A stretch of DNA of 64,000 nt from Moniliella sp. 'wahieum'. Its lineage: Eukaryota. Positions within the stretch are counted from its first letter, which is position 1. Every line of letters begins with the position of its first letter. Shown piece after piece: positions 24,214-36,419 of the stretch. The notes below the pieces were generated by a model. The model made no database searches. It saw only the letters and a program-made list of their open reading frames with translations, and had not been told where the DNA came from. Position numbers and translations under genes: made by a program. The stretch spans positions 1-64,000 of the forward strand of contig RSEE01000009.1 in NCBI GenBank assembly GCA_003971905.1, in the 5' to 3' direction.

Positions 24214-26180
24214 ATGTCCTCCTCACCCACCGCTCCTACCATTGAGGAGCAGATCTACTGGGCGCGCATCCAGCGCGCGCAGGAGGCCGACGCTGCGCGT
24301 GCTGGCGTGCGCGGTGCTGGCGTGCGCGGTGCCGGCCCCGCGTTCCTGGATCCGGTGCTGGCAATGTGGCGCTGGATGCGGGGCCGCAAGGCGAAGGCTA
24401 CTACTACGTCGACAGCTTTGCCGGCCTTGGCCTCCCCGCTTTCCACTTCCGATCCTGCGGTTGACAAGTCCGAGAAGGGCGACGCGGGCGTGGACGTCAA
24501 GGCCGAGGGGAATGCGGCCGTTGTTCCGCTTCCCAGCCTGTCGGCAGGCGAGGCGGGGATTGGATCGGACGTCGAACTCAAAGTGGCGAGCGGGACGGTG
24601 GATCAGCTGGAAGGCCTGGACGTGCATACGCAGCTCAAACTTCGTAAGGCGGCCAGTCTGCGTACCAGTGGGCCTAGCATCATGTTGCTCCTATGGACGG
24701 ACCAGGTGGGACCGAATGTGGTGCCGTACGCCGAGGGCGCACTGGGTTACGTGCCGACCAACATTCTCTTTGTCGTGCTCAGTGCGGCGGCAGTGAGTGA
24801 TGTGTGGGGCGATTCTGATGCACGTGTTTTGCAGCTTGGACTCGGTTCGGTTCCCCGTGACTTCCTACCCGGACTTGGCACATCGCATCGCCGGTCGCTG
24901 GGTGCGCATCGTCATTGTCTTTTTGCAGCAAAGCCAGTTGATTTTGCTCATTGGCGGCGTAGCGTCGCTGACCAACGGTCAGGCACTGGAAAGTTTGCTC
25001 CAATCGCACAACAAGAGCATGTGCTTCACCCTCGCCGTGGCAGTATGGGCGATTGTGGGGATCGTGTTTGCCCAGGTACGCACCATTCGGGGCCTGGCTT
25101 CCCTCTCGCATATTGCCGTCTGGGTCAACATTGCCCTGGTGGTAATCACGCTGGTGGTGATGCAGCGCGATGGGCTCAACTGGCCAGCGATCAGTACCAA
25201 CCAAGGCCTCGGTTCGCCGCCCTACCCTCCCATCGAGACGTACGCCATCACGCCTGGATCCTTGGCCACCCGGGTGAACGGCGTGTTCAACATCATTTAC
25301 TGCTTTGGCGGCGCACTCATCTTTGTTGAGATTGCCAGCGAGATGACGGATCCGCGTCAGTTTTGGAAAGGCTTGGCGGGTGCGAGACGACATTGACGGC
25401 GCTCTACATTCTGTTTGCCAATGGGTCTACAGTTTGGCAGGACAGTACTCGCTCAGCCCCGCGTACGGCGGCATGGCCCCAGGCAAGGCACTCGATGCGG
25501 CCAATGTGCTTTACCTCCTGACCGGTATCCTCTACGCGGCCGTAGTGGGCAACGCTGTCCTCAAGGGCGTTTATAGTGAGGTTCGTTCTCTCCTCTCCGC
25601 CCTCCCCCTCCTCTCCCTTCCCTATCTTGCCTCCCCGCGTGTGCGTTTTTTTGACCTGCCGCGTTGCCTCGTATCAAAATGCAGGTGATCGAGGGCGTAT
25701 TTCGTGGTCCACCGCGCACGACGCCATATGGCATGATGCTCTGGGTTCCCTTTACGGTACTGATCTGGGGCGCATCGTATGCCGTTGCCTCGGCCATCCC
25801 GCAGGTGGGTACGGTCCAGGGCCTGGTCAGCGCGTTGGGCATCTTCAATTTCTCATTTACCTTGGCCCTGCTTTGCGCTGGTGCTCTACCTGTACCGCGA
25901 GCGCAAGGGCCTGGCGGGCCCCAGGACTACACGTTCCCGTTGGTCGGCCAAGTGCACCCGTGGGTGGTCAAGGGCTTCCTGTTGATTCTGACCTTGGCTT
26001 GTACGTTGATTGGCATGCTCCTAGCGCGTGTGGGGCAAGTACTGACGCGGTGTGTTGTTCTCGGCCCTAGGCGCCGCGACTTCTGTCCTGGGGATTTGGG
26101 CGGCGGTAGTGAGCATCAAAGAAGTCTTCTCGGTCGGCGGCGCCACGGGCACATCCTTTGGCTGCGCATCAACGATTTGA
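24214..26180 (+). CDS. Neutral amino acid permease (Aa_trans family), frameshifted, with introns
   Basis: WTDQVGPNVVPYA, LDSVRFPVTSYPDLAHRI, AQVRTIRGL, NGVFNIIYCFGGALIFVEIASEMTDPRQFWKG, ASAIPQV; ends TSFGCASTI* (TGA 26178-26180). Confidence 0.85.
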
Positions 26181-26874
26181 GCCCAGACCCGCCCCAGGCA
26201 AGGTGCCCCTCGGCATGCATATGCCGGGACTAGACGGGAGGTACGGATGTGCGAGTTGATTTGTGTAAATGGATTACTACTTTCGTTTGGGACGTGTATA
26301 CCAGGAGTGCGTGCCAAGTGGTTGGCTATGCATTGATAGAACATGCGTCACAGAGCGAGAACGGTGCATTGGTCCAGGGTGCCAAAACTGTACCAGACGG
26401 CCGCCGGTTACGCGGATGCGAGCACACGCCCCATTCGGTCCTCGATCCTGGGGTGCTGCAGGCAAAGCGGCCTGATGCGGTGAGCATTCTCCGCTCTGCC
26501 TCCTCCCGTCGTCTCCACGGTGTCTCCCATCTGCCCGACACGGTTGCCAGTAACCGCTTCCACCTTCACCTGGCCAGGACCCGGCAGGACGTTGGGCGCC
26601 GAGGAAAGTAGTTGAGGTGACCGGTGAGGATCGCGCCGCTGCCAAATCAATGCGTCGACGCTTTCTAATGTTGCAGCGGAACTTGTCCTGCAGTGCAGAC
26701 TGCAGTCGGCGCGGCCCGGGGGCCACACCGCGGCACAGGGCGAGTAAAGCGCGGTGGCAGGAGGCCACTGATTTGAAATCAGCCCGTCTTCCCGCTCGTC
26801 CTGGCCAGTGGGTCGCTGGGGCGGGACGGTGGTGGCGCCTGGCGTGTCTGTCTTTCCACCACCGCCTGGCCACC

Positions 26875-27564
26875 ATGTACACCAACCTCCGTCGTCTGAG
26901 CACCCTTGGTGACCTCATCAAGGCCAACCCTTGGGTTCACCGCAAGCTCCAGCCCTTGGCCCGCTGGTACGTCGACAAGATGGGCTACCGCAAGCTCGGG
27001 CTCAAGTTTGACGATCTGCTGATCGAGGAGAGCGAGGTGATGCAGAAGGTATGTTGGACCCTCTTCCACCCCAGCCATGTTGGCTCGCAGTTGTTGTCCA
27101 CCCCCGCGGGTTGCAGCACAGTGTACAGGCGTGCGAACAGAGCAGCTGGACTACCGGCGGCCTGGATCCCCCCCCCCCCTCCTGCCGGCCTGGATAGCGC
27201 GTTGCCTGCCGAATCTACCCGAAGGGATGTGTGGGGGGCATGGGGGCAACCCCAGGCCTGGCCCTATTGTGGAGATAGGACGCGGAAGCCAGGGTGTCTG
27301 GGAATCGGAAGCGGATGGGAACTAACCTTGTCTGTTACTCCTTTCGCGCAGGCCATTGCCCGTCTCTCGCCTCGTGAGCAGCAGGACCGCATCTGGCGCA
27401 TCCGTCGCGCGGTGCACCAGGACATGCTCCACCGCCCTCTTCCTAAGAGCGAGTGGACGAAGGCGGAAGAGGATGCGCGCTACCTGACGCCATTTGTCCA
27501 GCAGGTTGCTTCCGAGCTGGCGGAGCGTGCGGCATATGACAATGCCACCATCAAGAAGCCCTAA
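26875..27564 (+). CDS. QCR7: Cytochrome bc1 complex subunit 7; exons 26875-27048 and 27352-27564
   Basis: GYRKLGLKFDDLLIEESEVMQK|AIARLSPRE..DRIWRIRRA..LPKSEWTKAEEDARYLTP. Intron GTATGT...ACTAAC...GCAG. Confidence 0.95.
   Translation: MYTNLRRLSTLGDLIKANPWVHRKLQPLARWYVDKMGYRKLGLKFDDLLIEESEVMQKVCWTLFHPSHVGSQLLSTPAGCSTVYRRANRAAGLPAAWIPPPPPAGLDSALPAESTRRDVWGAWGQPQAWPYCGDRTRKPGCLGIGSGWELTLSVTPFAQAIARLSPREQQDRIWRIRRAVHQDMLHRPLPKSEWTKAEEDARYLTPFVQQVASELAERAAYDNATIKKP
27079..27311 (+). ncRNA. Candidate structured intronic RNA (possibly H/ACA-like snoRNA) in the QCR7 intron
   Basis: Several complementary stems and an ANANNA box (AGAGCA, 27139-27144). No terminal ACA box found. Confidence 0.3.
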
Positions 27565-27982
27565 TTAGTCTCGGGACTACGCATCTTGGCATTCATGATG
27601 GTCTACCCAAATTCATCCCTCTCCCACAGTCTGTTGGCTCGCTCGTTTGGGCACACTTGGGCCAAGGTGCGGCAGCAAGCTAGTTTGGCCAGGGTGCTCT
27701 TGATCTCTGTCCGTGGTGCGAGGATACTATCCACTCTTTGTGTGAGGTGACTTTCCAGGTACAGCACCTTGAGCCGAGCCCGTCTAACGCAGGCCACTGC
27801 CTTCCAATTGCAAATGCCCGACAGGAATCCCATGTTACTTACAGGCGAGGCCGCAATGATGGCGGTCAGGTTGATGCACTATGCGCATAGGAATCAGCAC
27901 GAGCATCAAGTGGATGTCAGTGCAAGCCAATTCGAGCACATTAGGTGTGTGGAAACATGTACGGATACCGCAAATGCCATAA

Positions 27983-28063
27983 GGACGGCTGGCGCAATGG
28001 TAGCGCGTCTGACTACGACTGGTTGTAATCAGGAGGTTGCAGGTTCGACCCCTGCGTCGTTCG
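27983..28063 (+). tRNA. tRNA-Arg (anticodon ACG) with a ~9-nt intron (28019-28027)
   Basis: Acceptor stem GGACGGC/GTCGTTC, D stem GCGC/GCGC, anticodon stem TCTGA/TCAGG with loop CT-ACG-A, T arm GCAGG-TTCGACC-CCTGC, and a T-run about 21 nt downstream. Confidence 0.92.
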
Positions 28064-28557
28064 ACCCGACATATGGGCGTCCTATTTTTTTTCTGCTCAA
28101 TTGCTGTATCCACGACAGTTTCTGGTGCTGCTCTTTCTGGGCAGCCTGGGTGGTGGTTATGCCATCAAAGTGAGCACTGAGCGAATCGTCGGGACTTTTG
28201 TCCCATCTCGAGAGCGGTGGGTGGAGGCGCAGCGCCAGCAACACACCGACTGGCGACGCCAAAGCGGCGAAGGCAAAGCGGCCGCCGTTGGCATGTGCAT
28301 CAGGCAAACGGTAGCGGCTATTTGCCAGACTGGCATGGGTTGGAGATGCAGGCAGCAGGGCAGTGCCAGCGCCGAACGATGCAAGCCGAGGCCCACGCGG
28401 CGCGGGCCAGTGTGTGCGGCCAACTCGACGGGGCGGAATGGACGCCGACAGGAGGGCGGAACGCACGGGTGCAGAACAGCAGCGGACGTGCGTTTCGATC
28501 GGCCCAGGCAGCAAGCCCGCCCTGGACGGCCCGGCGGCGTTTTGCTGTGCGACGACC

Positions 28558-31500
28558 ATGTCGTTCTTTGGCTTCGACACGACCCTCCCGCGCGACCGGG
28601 CCGGGGGCCGCCCGGTGCCGCCCACGGCGAGCGTCCGCTCGCCAGCGACCGCACCTTCGACCCCACTGCCTCCGCCGCGCCCGACGACGACGACGACTTG
28701 GATGAGATCCGCGCCCACATGGGCAACAAGGAAGACATGGCCGTCTACACCTGGGGCGCAGAGGACTACGACGGTCTGGGTGACCAGCTGGATGAAGAGG
28801 GAGATGCCTTCAACGACGACACCTTTGGCGGTGGCGTGGTCGGTACGTGATGCCCACCCACCCTTGACCACCGCGTGCTAACCCCTCTCTTGCCAGGCAA
28901 CGACTTTGACTTTGGCAATCCGCCTAGTCTGGCCAAGCCCGCGCCTCTTCCCGCGTGGGGTGCCAAGCAGACCCCGTCCAAGCCGTCCAAGTTCTCCTCG
29001 GACTTGGCCGACTTTTTGACGGACAAGCCTCGCAGTTCGTCCCGCGGTGGTACGCCCCTTGCCACCAAGCCCGCCAAGTCGGTCGAGGAAATTGAGCGCG
29101 AGATGCGTGCCGCCTCCTTGTCCGCCACGGCACCGGCACCGGCTCCGGTTCCAGCTCCCGGTCCTGCGACGCACGCGCTCACGATGGAGGAGGTGGAGGC
29201 GCAGATGCGGCAACAGCGTGCTTCCGCCCCCCGCCCGGCCCTGGTCCGATCCCGGTACCCGGCGGTGGGGTGCCGCCGCCGGTATGTACGCTGCTCCGAT
29301 GCCCTCGATGCCGACGGCTCGGGTGCCTGCCCCCCTGCTTCCCGGCACGCCAGGTACTCCCTCGGGTGCGCCTGTCACGCCGGCTGCAGTGCCGGTTCAA
29401 GCCAATGCCGGGGTGCCCCTCCTGGCGCAGATTATGCAGCAGGAGGCGCAGATGCGGGACGAGCGCGCTCGATCCGCTCCAGCTGCCGCCCCGGCTCCCG
29501 CTACGCCCACGAGCCACCCTGCTGGGATGGCCCCTGTCCAGGGGCCTGTCCAGGGGGAGAGCCAAGCCATGCATTTTGCTCGTATGAAGGCGCTACTCGA
29601 CTCCATGCCGGCCACGGTCCAAGCGGCCATTCTGCGTCTCCCGCCTCCGATCCAGTTTGAGGAGTTGGAGTTTATCGCGATGACCTTCCCGCCGCTGGCA
29701 GCGCTTCGTACCACCGACCTATCCAACCCGGAAATGGCCTCGGCAGCACAGCACATGGAGGCTTCTGCCTTGCACGCGCTCCACCTGCATGCGCAGCCGA
29801 AGGTCATGGCGTGGATTGCGCAGCAATCCCGCGCCCAACGCGCCGAGGCCAAGCGGGCGGCCATGAGCAAGTACAATGGGTTGATGAGCAAATCGGACAA
29901 ACAGTTTATTACGCGGATTCAGGTGAGCCAGCTGGTCACCTCGGACCCCTACACGGACGACTTTTACGCTCACATTTACTTTACTCTGCGTGGCCGTAGT
30001 GGCATGAATGCGCCGCTGCTGCCTTCGACTGAAAGTGTCACCACATCGGTTGGGGAGCGGGAGCAAGGGGCGCTGGACCGGCGTGGACGCAAGCAACAGT
30101 CTCGCCTCTCTCGTCGCGAGACGGCCATTCTGCGCATGCAACAGCAAGTCGAGCGCATTGTTCGCAACCGGATCGAACGGTCGCAAAAGTCAGCGTCCGG
30201 GGCCGCGTTGGAAGGTGCGCTAGGCAAGCTGAGCGCCAGCTCAACGAAGGGCATGCGTCAAACCCTTTCCCTCCCCGACTCGGCACCAGCGGCCTCGGGT
30301 CCGACGGCGGCCGACTTGGCTGCTCACGCGGCTGTTCGCACGGCTCTGGCCAACGATGTGGGCCTGGGCGAGGGGACGGGAGTAACGAAGCGGGATCCGC
30401 TCACGCGGCGGGAAGCGTTGGCGATTATTGAAACGTTGTACGACACGGTGCTCGCCATTGAACAACTGCGTCGCGATGGCGCGACGGCCGCTACGGAGCC
30501 CACCCGCCCGAAGGAGAGGAACTGGTACCGAAAGCGCAGGAGGAACGACGGGAGGAGGAGCGTGTGGCCTTGACGTCCCAGCTGTGGAAGGAGCTGCGTG
30601 TGTGGACCACTGGACATCTCCAACCCCCACCCCTTTGTGTCGATTATGGACAGTCTCAAGGGCCAGCGGCTGGTGCCAAGGGCAATGCGGCTGTTGGGCA
30701 ATGACCAGCAGCTAACGACGATGACCATGATTGTCGCCTCGTTTGACCAGCTCAATGTGGTTCGGGAAGCACATGTGCTGGAGGAGGAGGGTGCTCCGGC
30801 TGGCTTGCGCGAATCGGTTTGGGAACAGACGGAAGCGTTTGCCAACACGATCATTCCGTTTATGCTGCACCTTGTGACGGTGCAACCGCTCAAGTACGTG
30901 GCGGGCATGCTGGCCATCTTCTCGAGCGCAACGATGTTGTCCGGGTCGCGCGCTCCCGCCCAGGTGTGCTGTTCTTTACCATTTCCTATCGCGGGCCGAG
31001 GCGTTGCGCCAGCTGGGTGCCAATGCGCCTCCCGACAGGCCGTGCGCCGTCCGGCAGGATGTGGCTTCCTGGGTGCATTACTTGGCCAGCTCTTCCACCG
31101 TATCTCGCAGCCGGGCGTGCTGCCGAGTCTGTTCCCCTCGACGCGCGCACGTGCGCTGCTGCCGTTTGGGCCGGGCTACTACATCTCGGGTGCGTTTGGC
31201 GCAGCGCCTCTGCCGGCGAGCGGGGCCGAGGGGGTGGAGAGGGGCCGGTACCGCAACATTGACCATGAAGACGAGCCGGTGTGGCGGTTCATGGCGGCGT
31301 TGGCGGTGGCGTGTACGATGGAGCAGCAGCAGGTGCTGGTGGCCGGGCTGCGGGAGAAGATTCTGGAGAACGTGGCGAGTGCCAAGGAGTGGGCGGTGCA
31401 ACGGCGGCGTGCGCTCCAGACGCTGCGCCCGACGGCGGACGTGGATGCGGAGCTGGCGGCGGTGGCGGCGTCGGGCCAGGACGGGCCGGAGGCGCGATCC

Positions 31501-31558
31501 GCAACGTCAACCTGCTGCTGCACGCGCTCAACTGGATGCGACGCAGATCACCATCTGA
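28558..31558 (+). CDS. PAT1: Decapping activator Pat1; intron 28843-28896, frameshifted
   Basis: MSFFGFDTTLP, LDEEGDAFNDDTFG, KYNGLMSKSDKQFITRIQVSQLVTSDPYTDDFY, VWRFMAALAV..MEQQQVLVAGLREKILENV; ends LDATQITI*. Confidence 0.93.
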
Positions 31559-31850
31559 GGGCGGGTGGGAATGCTACATTTATTCTTGGATGCGGTGGGG
31601 TGGGGGTGATGCTAATGCTAGTAGCAAGGGTGGAATAGCCAGCAATCGGCAGCGCCGCATCTCTGCACGTGCTCGCCGGCCAGGTCAGGTGACTGGCGAC
31701 TGGCGAACTGGCGACAGGCGACGCGGGGGGCGGAAGCGGAAGCCCCCGCACCCCCATTCCGCGGCGCGGTCCCTTCCGCCTGGTCAGTGCGGCGACGGAA
31801 GGCGGCGAAAGTGGCCAGCTTTGCGCGGCTCGGCGGCGGGCGGCGCTGGC

Positions 31851-31880
31851 GCATGACGCATGACGCATGACGCGTGACGC
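31851..31880. repeat. Heptamer array TGACGC(A/G) upstream of profilin
   Basis: gcatgacgcatgacgcatgacgcgtgacgc seen directly. Confidence 0.8.
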
Positions 31881-32044
31881 AGGGCAGCGCACCGCAGCCC
31901 CTGGCAGCCCATTGACCCCCCCTGATGTCAGCAGCGCAGCCGCCGAACCGCGCCCACCTGCTGCTCTGCCCGCCCACCGCCACGCTCCGCCCCCCCACCA
32001 CACCCCTTGCCCCTCCCCGCCCGTCCACACCCTTCTCCCCCACC

Positions 32045-32497
32045 ATGTCCTGGCAGTCGTACGTCGACACCAACCTGCTTGGCACCGGCAAGATCAGCCA
32101 GGCTGCCATCCTCGGCCTCAAGGGCGGCGTATGGGCCAGCTCGGCCGGCTTCAACCTCAGCACCGACGAGCAGAAGCAGCTGGTCGCCATGTTTGACAAC
32201 CCCGAGGCAGTCCAGGCCTCGGGCATCCACGCCGCCGGCAAGAAGTACTTCTGCCTCCGGGCGGACGACCGGTCGGTGTACGGCAAGCTGCAAGGCGATG
32301 GCCTGGTGTGCGTCAAGACCTCCCAGGCCGCGCTGATTGCCGTGTACCAGAGCCCTACCGTGCCCGGTGAAGCGTCCAAGGTGGTGGAAGGCTTGGGTAC
32401 GTTTTTACTGCCTCGCTTGTGCGTGGGTGCGTGAGAGATGCGCTGACACATTCGATACCTTTGACCAGCCGACTATCTCATCGGGGTAGGGTTCTAA
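32045..32497 (+). CDS. PFY1: Profilin; exons 32045-32396 and 32469-32497
   Basis: MSWQSYVDTNLLGTGKISQAAI...KKYFCLRADDRSVYGK...VVEGL|ADYLIGVGF*, with a GT..AG intron. Confidence 0.97.
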
Positions 32498-33144
32498 TCC
32501 GTCCACCTTTGCTTGGCGCTCGTTTCCATTGTACTGGGCCTGCGGGGAACCTTGCTTTTTGTTCCGTCGACCTGGCTCAGCCCCCTGGGCGAGATTGCGA
32601 GAGAGGCAAGGCAGGGATGGGCGGTATGCTGTCATGCTGTCCTCGTGTGGCCTTGTCCTTCTCTTCCAGCGCCTGTCGGTCTCTCTGTCTCTCCGCCCCC
32701 GATGTCCCATGTCCCCTGTCCCATGTCCCTTGGCGCATCTGTCTCGTGATATGGTATCGTTCTTACACTTGTTGGAATCGGTGTGGGGTGGGCTTGCCTG
32801 CCTGCCTCGACGTGTCAACCCGTAGCGGGTATAGCCTGTGCATGTGAGCAGGACAGCCCAGGGCGCTTCTTCAAGGGAAGCTTCATGGAGGCGAACGCAT
32901 GGGCCCGCTGCGCCTGGGAATGAAATATTGCACGCGCTGCCGCCCCTCCCGCGGGCAACGCTAGGGTTGCGTAGTTGGCTGCCGCCGATTTGTAATGGGC
33001 AGCAGGGCAGTGCTCCCGTGCGGGGGGGCGCTGCTCTGCGCGGCTCTGCTCGTCCCGCTTGACTTTGCTCGGCGCCGCCGCATTCTGGCTGCTGCTGCTC
33101 CTCCACCGTCGTCGTCGCTGTCGCTGTCGCTGTTGCCCGCCGCC

Positions 33145-34667
33145 ATGCTGCTGGCTGCTGTCCCCGCTGCCCGCGCTGCCCTCACCCGCGCACCCGCTGC
33201 TGTCCGCCTGCGTGGCCTCGCACCCAGGTCGGCGTCCCCCCCGTCACCACCCACGGCGGCCTGCGCGACCAGGACCGGATCTACACCAACCTTTATCTCC
33301 ACACTCGTACCACCTCAACGGCAAGGGCGGTGCGCTGGCGCGCGGCGACTGGCACCGCACCAAGGACATTGTGCTCAAGGGCCACGAGTGGATCATTGAC
33401 CAGATGAAGAAGTCGGGCATGCGTGGCCGTGGCGGCGCTGGGTTCCCCTCGGGACTCAAGTGGAGCTTTATGAACAAGCCGGGTGGGAGAAGGACCCGCG
33501 TCCGCGGTACCTCGTCATCAATGCCGATGAGGGCGAGCCGGGCACATGCAAGGACCGTAAATTATGCGTGGCGACCCACACAAACTGGTCGAGGGATGTC
33601 TGATTGCTGGACGCGCCATGAACGCCAACGCGGCCTACATTTACATTCGCGGTGAATTCCACGTGGAGGCGGCGCACATGCAGGAAGCGATCAACGAGGC
33701 CTACGCCGCCGGCTTGATTGGCAAGAATGCGTGCGGGACCGGATACGACTTTGACGTGTATGTCCACAAGGCGCCGGTGCCTACATTTGCGGTGAAGAGA
33801 CGGCGCTGATTGAGTCGCTGGAGGGCAAACAGGGCAAGCCACGTCTCAAGCCTCCTTTCCCAGCCGACGTGGGTTTGTTTGGCTGCCCGACGACGGTGAC
33901 CAACGTCGAGACGGTTGCTTCCTCCCCCACGATTCTCCGTCGCGGTCCCGAGTGGTTTGCTTCCTTTGGTCGTGAGCGCAACAGTGGTGTCAAGCTCTTT
34001 GCCATCAGTGGCCATGTCAACACCCCTTGTGTCGTGGAAGAGGAGATGAGCATTCCGCTCAAAGATCTGATTGAGAAGCACTGTGGTGGTGTGCGGGGGG
34101 GGACAACTGCTGGGTATTGTGCCCGGCGGCTCGTCGGTGCCTGTGCTGCCAAGAATCGGTGTGAGGAGGTATTGATGGACTTTGATTCGCTCCGGGACGC
34201 CAATCTGCCTTGGGCACGGGTGCGGTAATCGTGATGAACAAGCAGACGGACATTATCAAGGCCATCGCTCGCTTTCCAAGTTCTACAAGCACGAGTCGTG
34301 TGGCCAGTGCACGCCATGCCGCGAGGGCACGACCTGGATCAAAAACATGATGGAGCGTTTTGCCGAGGGCCGCGGAACGTGGCGCGAGATTGATCTGATT
34401 GAGGACATTACCAAGCAGATGGAAGGTCACACGATCTGTGCCTTGGCCGATGCGGCGGCGTGGCCCGTTCAGGGCTTGATCCGTCACTTCCGCGATCGTG
34501 TCGAACAGCGCATGGTCGACTACGAGCAGGCTCATGGCAAGGTCCTCTATGGCGGCCACCTGCTTAGTGAACAGGACCCCACCCTGGCCCTGCCGGGCAA
34601 CCTGTCGCAACCAAGCCTTCGACCCCGGTCCCTCCAGCGGCGAGGTAGAGGGCCGCCGACGTCGTAG
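33145..34667 (+). CDS. NUO51: NADH:ubiquinone oxidoreductase 51-kDa flavoprotein subunit, frameshifted
   Basis: Mitochondrial presequence; [85 protein letters not shown]. Confidence 0.95.
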
Positions 34668-35207
34668 CAGAACCCATGCATCTATTTTTGATCCATCCCC
34701 CCCCACATCTTCCCATACACACTCACGCATACAACCCCCACTCTGCGTCTACTCTCTCATAGTGAGACTTGGTGTTGGGACTTGCGGTGTCCTGCGCTGG
34801 GGCCTATACCCTGACCTGTACGAATGTCGACATCAATGGCAGGGATTGAGAAGGGCGTTTTTATCGCCGTCAAGCCGTCAACAAAGGATGACCCGAGCTG
34901 AAACGAATCGGTCAGGATCACTTGCCATATTCCCGCGGTCTCACCCAACACCAGCACTGATTAAAGGGTAGAAATTAGTTGGGCGCGCACGGCGTCCTTG
35001 GAGTAATAAGGGACGGTGGACTGCGTGATGGTAGGGCTCTCTGGATGCCCGAGGTGTGTTCGTACTTGATGGAGAGGGGGGAGGGAGGAGGTTACGTTAA
35101 GCTAGCTGCGGTCCAAGGGTGTCTATAATACCTATGGTTGGCGTGTAGGAAAAGACTATTAGATCTTTTGGGACCCCAAAACCCCACTTGTCATGGTAGG
35201 GGAATAA

Positions 35208-35420
35208 GGCGTGAGGAGCAGCATCCAGACAAGGTCGGGCAATCGTGGGTGCAGCGGAAGCAAACGAGAAGACATGGGGTTATAGCACAAGAACAAGGAA
35301 AAGGCGAGACCCACGAAGCAAAGAAATTGGGAAGGAGAGCGAGCGATCGTGTGATCGATCCAACAATGATAATACCACTGGCAGCGTACGCTCCTCTTCG
35401 GCTGTAATTTAGGTCAGAAC
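35208..35420 (+). repeat. Degenerate ~200-bp direct repeat, copy A
   Basis: Colinear blocks shared with 40270-40490: cgtggg, gacatgg, aagaa..ca.ggaaa.ggcgagac, aagaaattgg, gagcgag, atga.aata. Aligned by eye. Confidence 0.55.
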
Positions 35421-35481
35421 ATGTCTATTAGCAGTTGTACGGAAGGTATCTATGATGTTTGGTAGAATGGCTGCAATGGGC

Positions 35482-36419
35482 AAGGAAGCATGCATGTGCG
35501 CGCCTCGACGCCAAAGGCACCGAGGCGAAAAGGGGAAAAAAGTGAGAGTGCCCCGCCCAACCCACCAGGGGTGGCACCAGGGCCTGTTTGCCCGCCCATT
35601 TACGGGGCAGCAAACAAAGGGTGACGGTAAAGAGTAAGCCCCGTCGTGTTACCGCTACGCGGCGACCGCATAACTGTATGAAGATGACCAACAAGCGGGA
35701 GTCAGCACCAATTTCGTCTCGCTTGTGTCGCCACCACCCCAGGCACAGAGCAGGACCCTCCTGAGCAGGCGCAGGGCTCGTGTCTTCGCTCACCTGCTCC
35801 CCAAACCAACAGGAGCTACCCCAGCCCCCAACGCCCAGGGCAGTGCCCTCCAAGCAACCACGAACATGAACGTCCATCATCAGATCCACCCCATGGATGG
35901 GCAGAGGGTGAGCGCACCATGCCTCGGTCCCCATGATAGAGTTACAGAGTACCTGCCCGCAAGGGCATCTCAACCGCGCGCTTTCCGCTGCCGGTGCGCT
36001 TCCTCGTACCCATCCAAGAGACAGCCTAGGACAGCCACGTCCTCACGTGGAGCCCAAGAGGATGCAAGCAAAGCGACAGAGGACATGGGTCGCACCCTGG
36101 TGCCCCTCCTGTGTGGGGGGGCAGCCAGACGTCACCGCACCGTCCGGGGACTTTCCCAACAGCGACTCAGCCACCGGAAGCAGCGAGGGGGGGCTAGTGC
36201 GGTCCTTTGGCCGTCACCCTTTGGTGTGCACCGCGTGCGTGGGCAGGCCCGGCAGCCCAGCAGGCCGCCAGACCCACGAGAAGGGTTTGGTGGAAAAGAA
36301 GAAACGCCCCCCAGCGGCAACGCAGGAAAAAATACACGGCACAGCACAAACCCTGAGCGGAACGGCGTTGCGCATATTCCTCCTCAGCTCTCCTCCACTG
36401 TCGCGCAAATTCATCACCG
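35482..36419 (+). mobile_element. ~930-bp dispersed repeat, copy 1 (probable non-autonomous element or TE fragment)
   Basis: Closely matches the reverse complement of 58643-59599 (for example cctcgacgccaaaggcaccgaggcgaaaaggggaaaaaagtgaga and ggcgttgcgcatattcctcctcagct). The ORF track shows the same peptides on opposite strands. No transposase, RT, TIR or TSD recognised. Confidence 0.7.
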
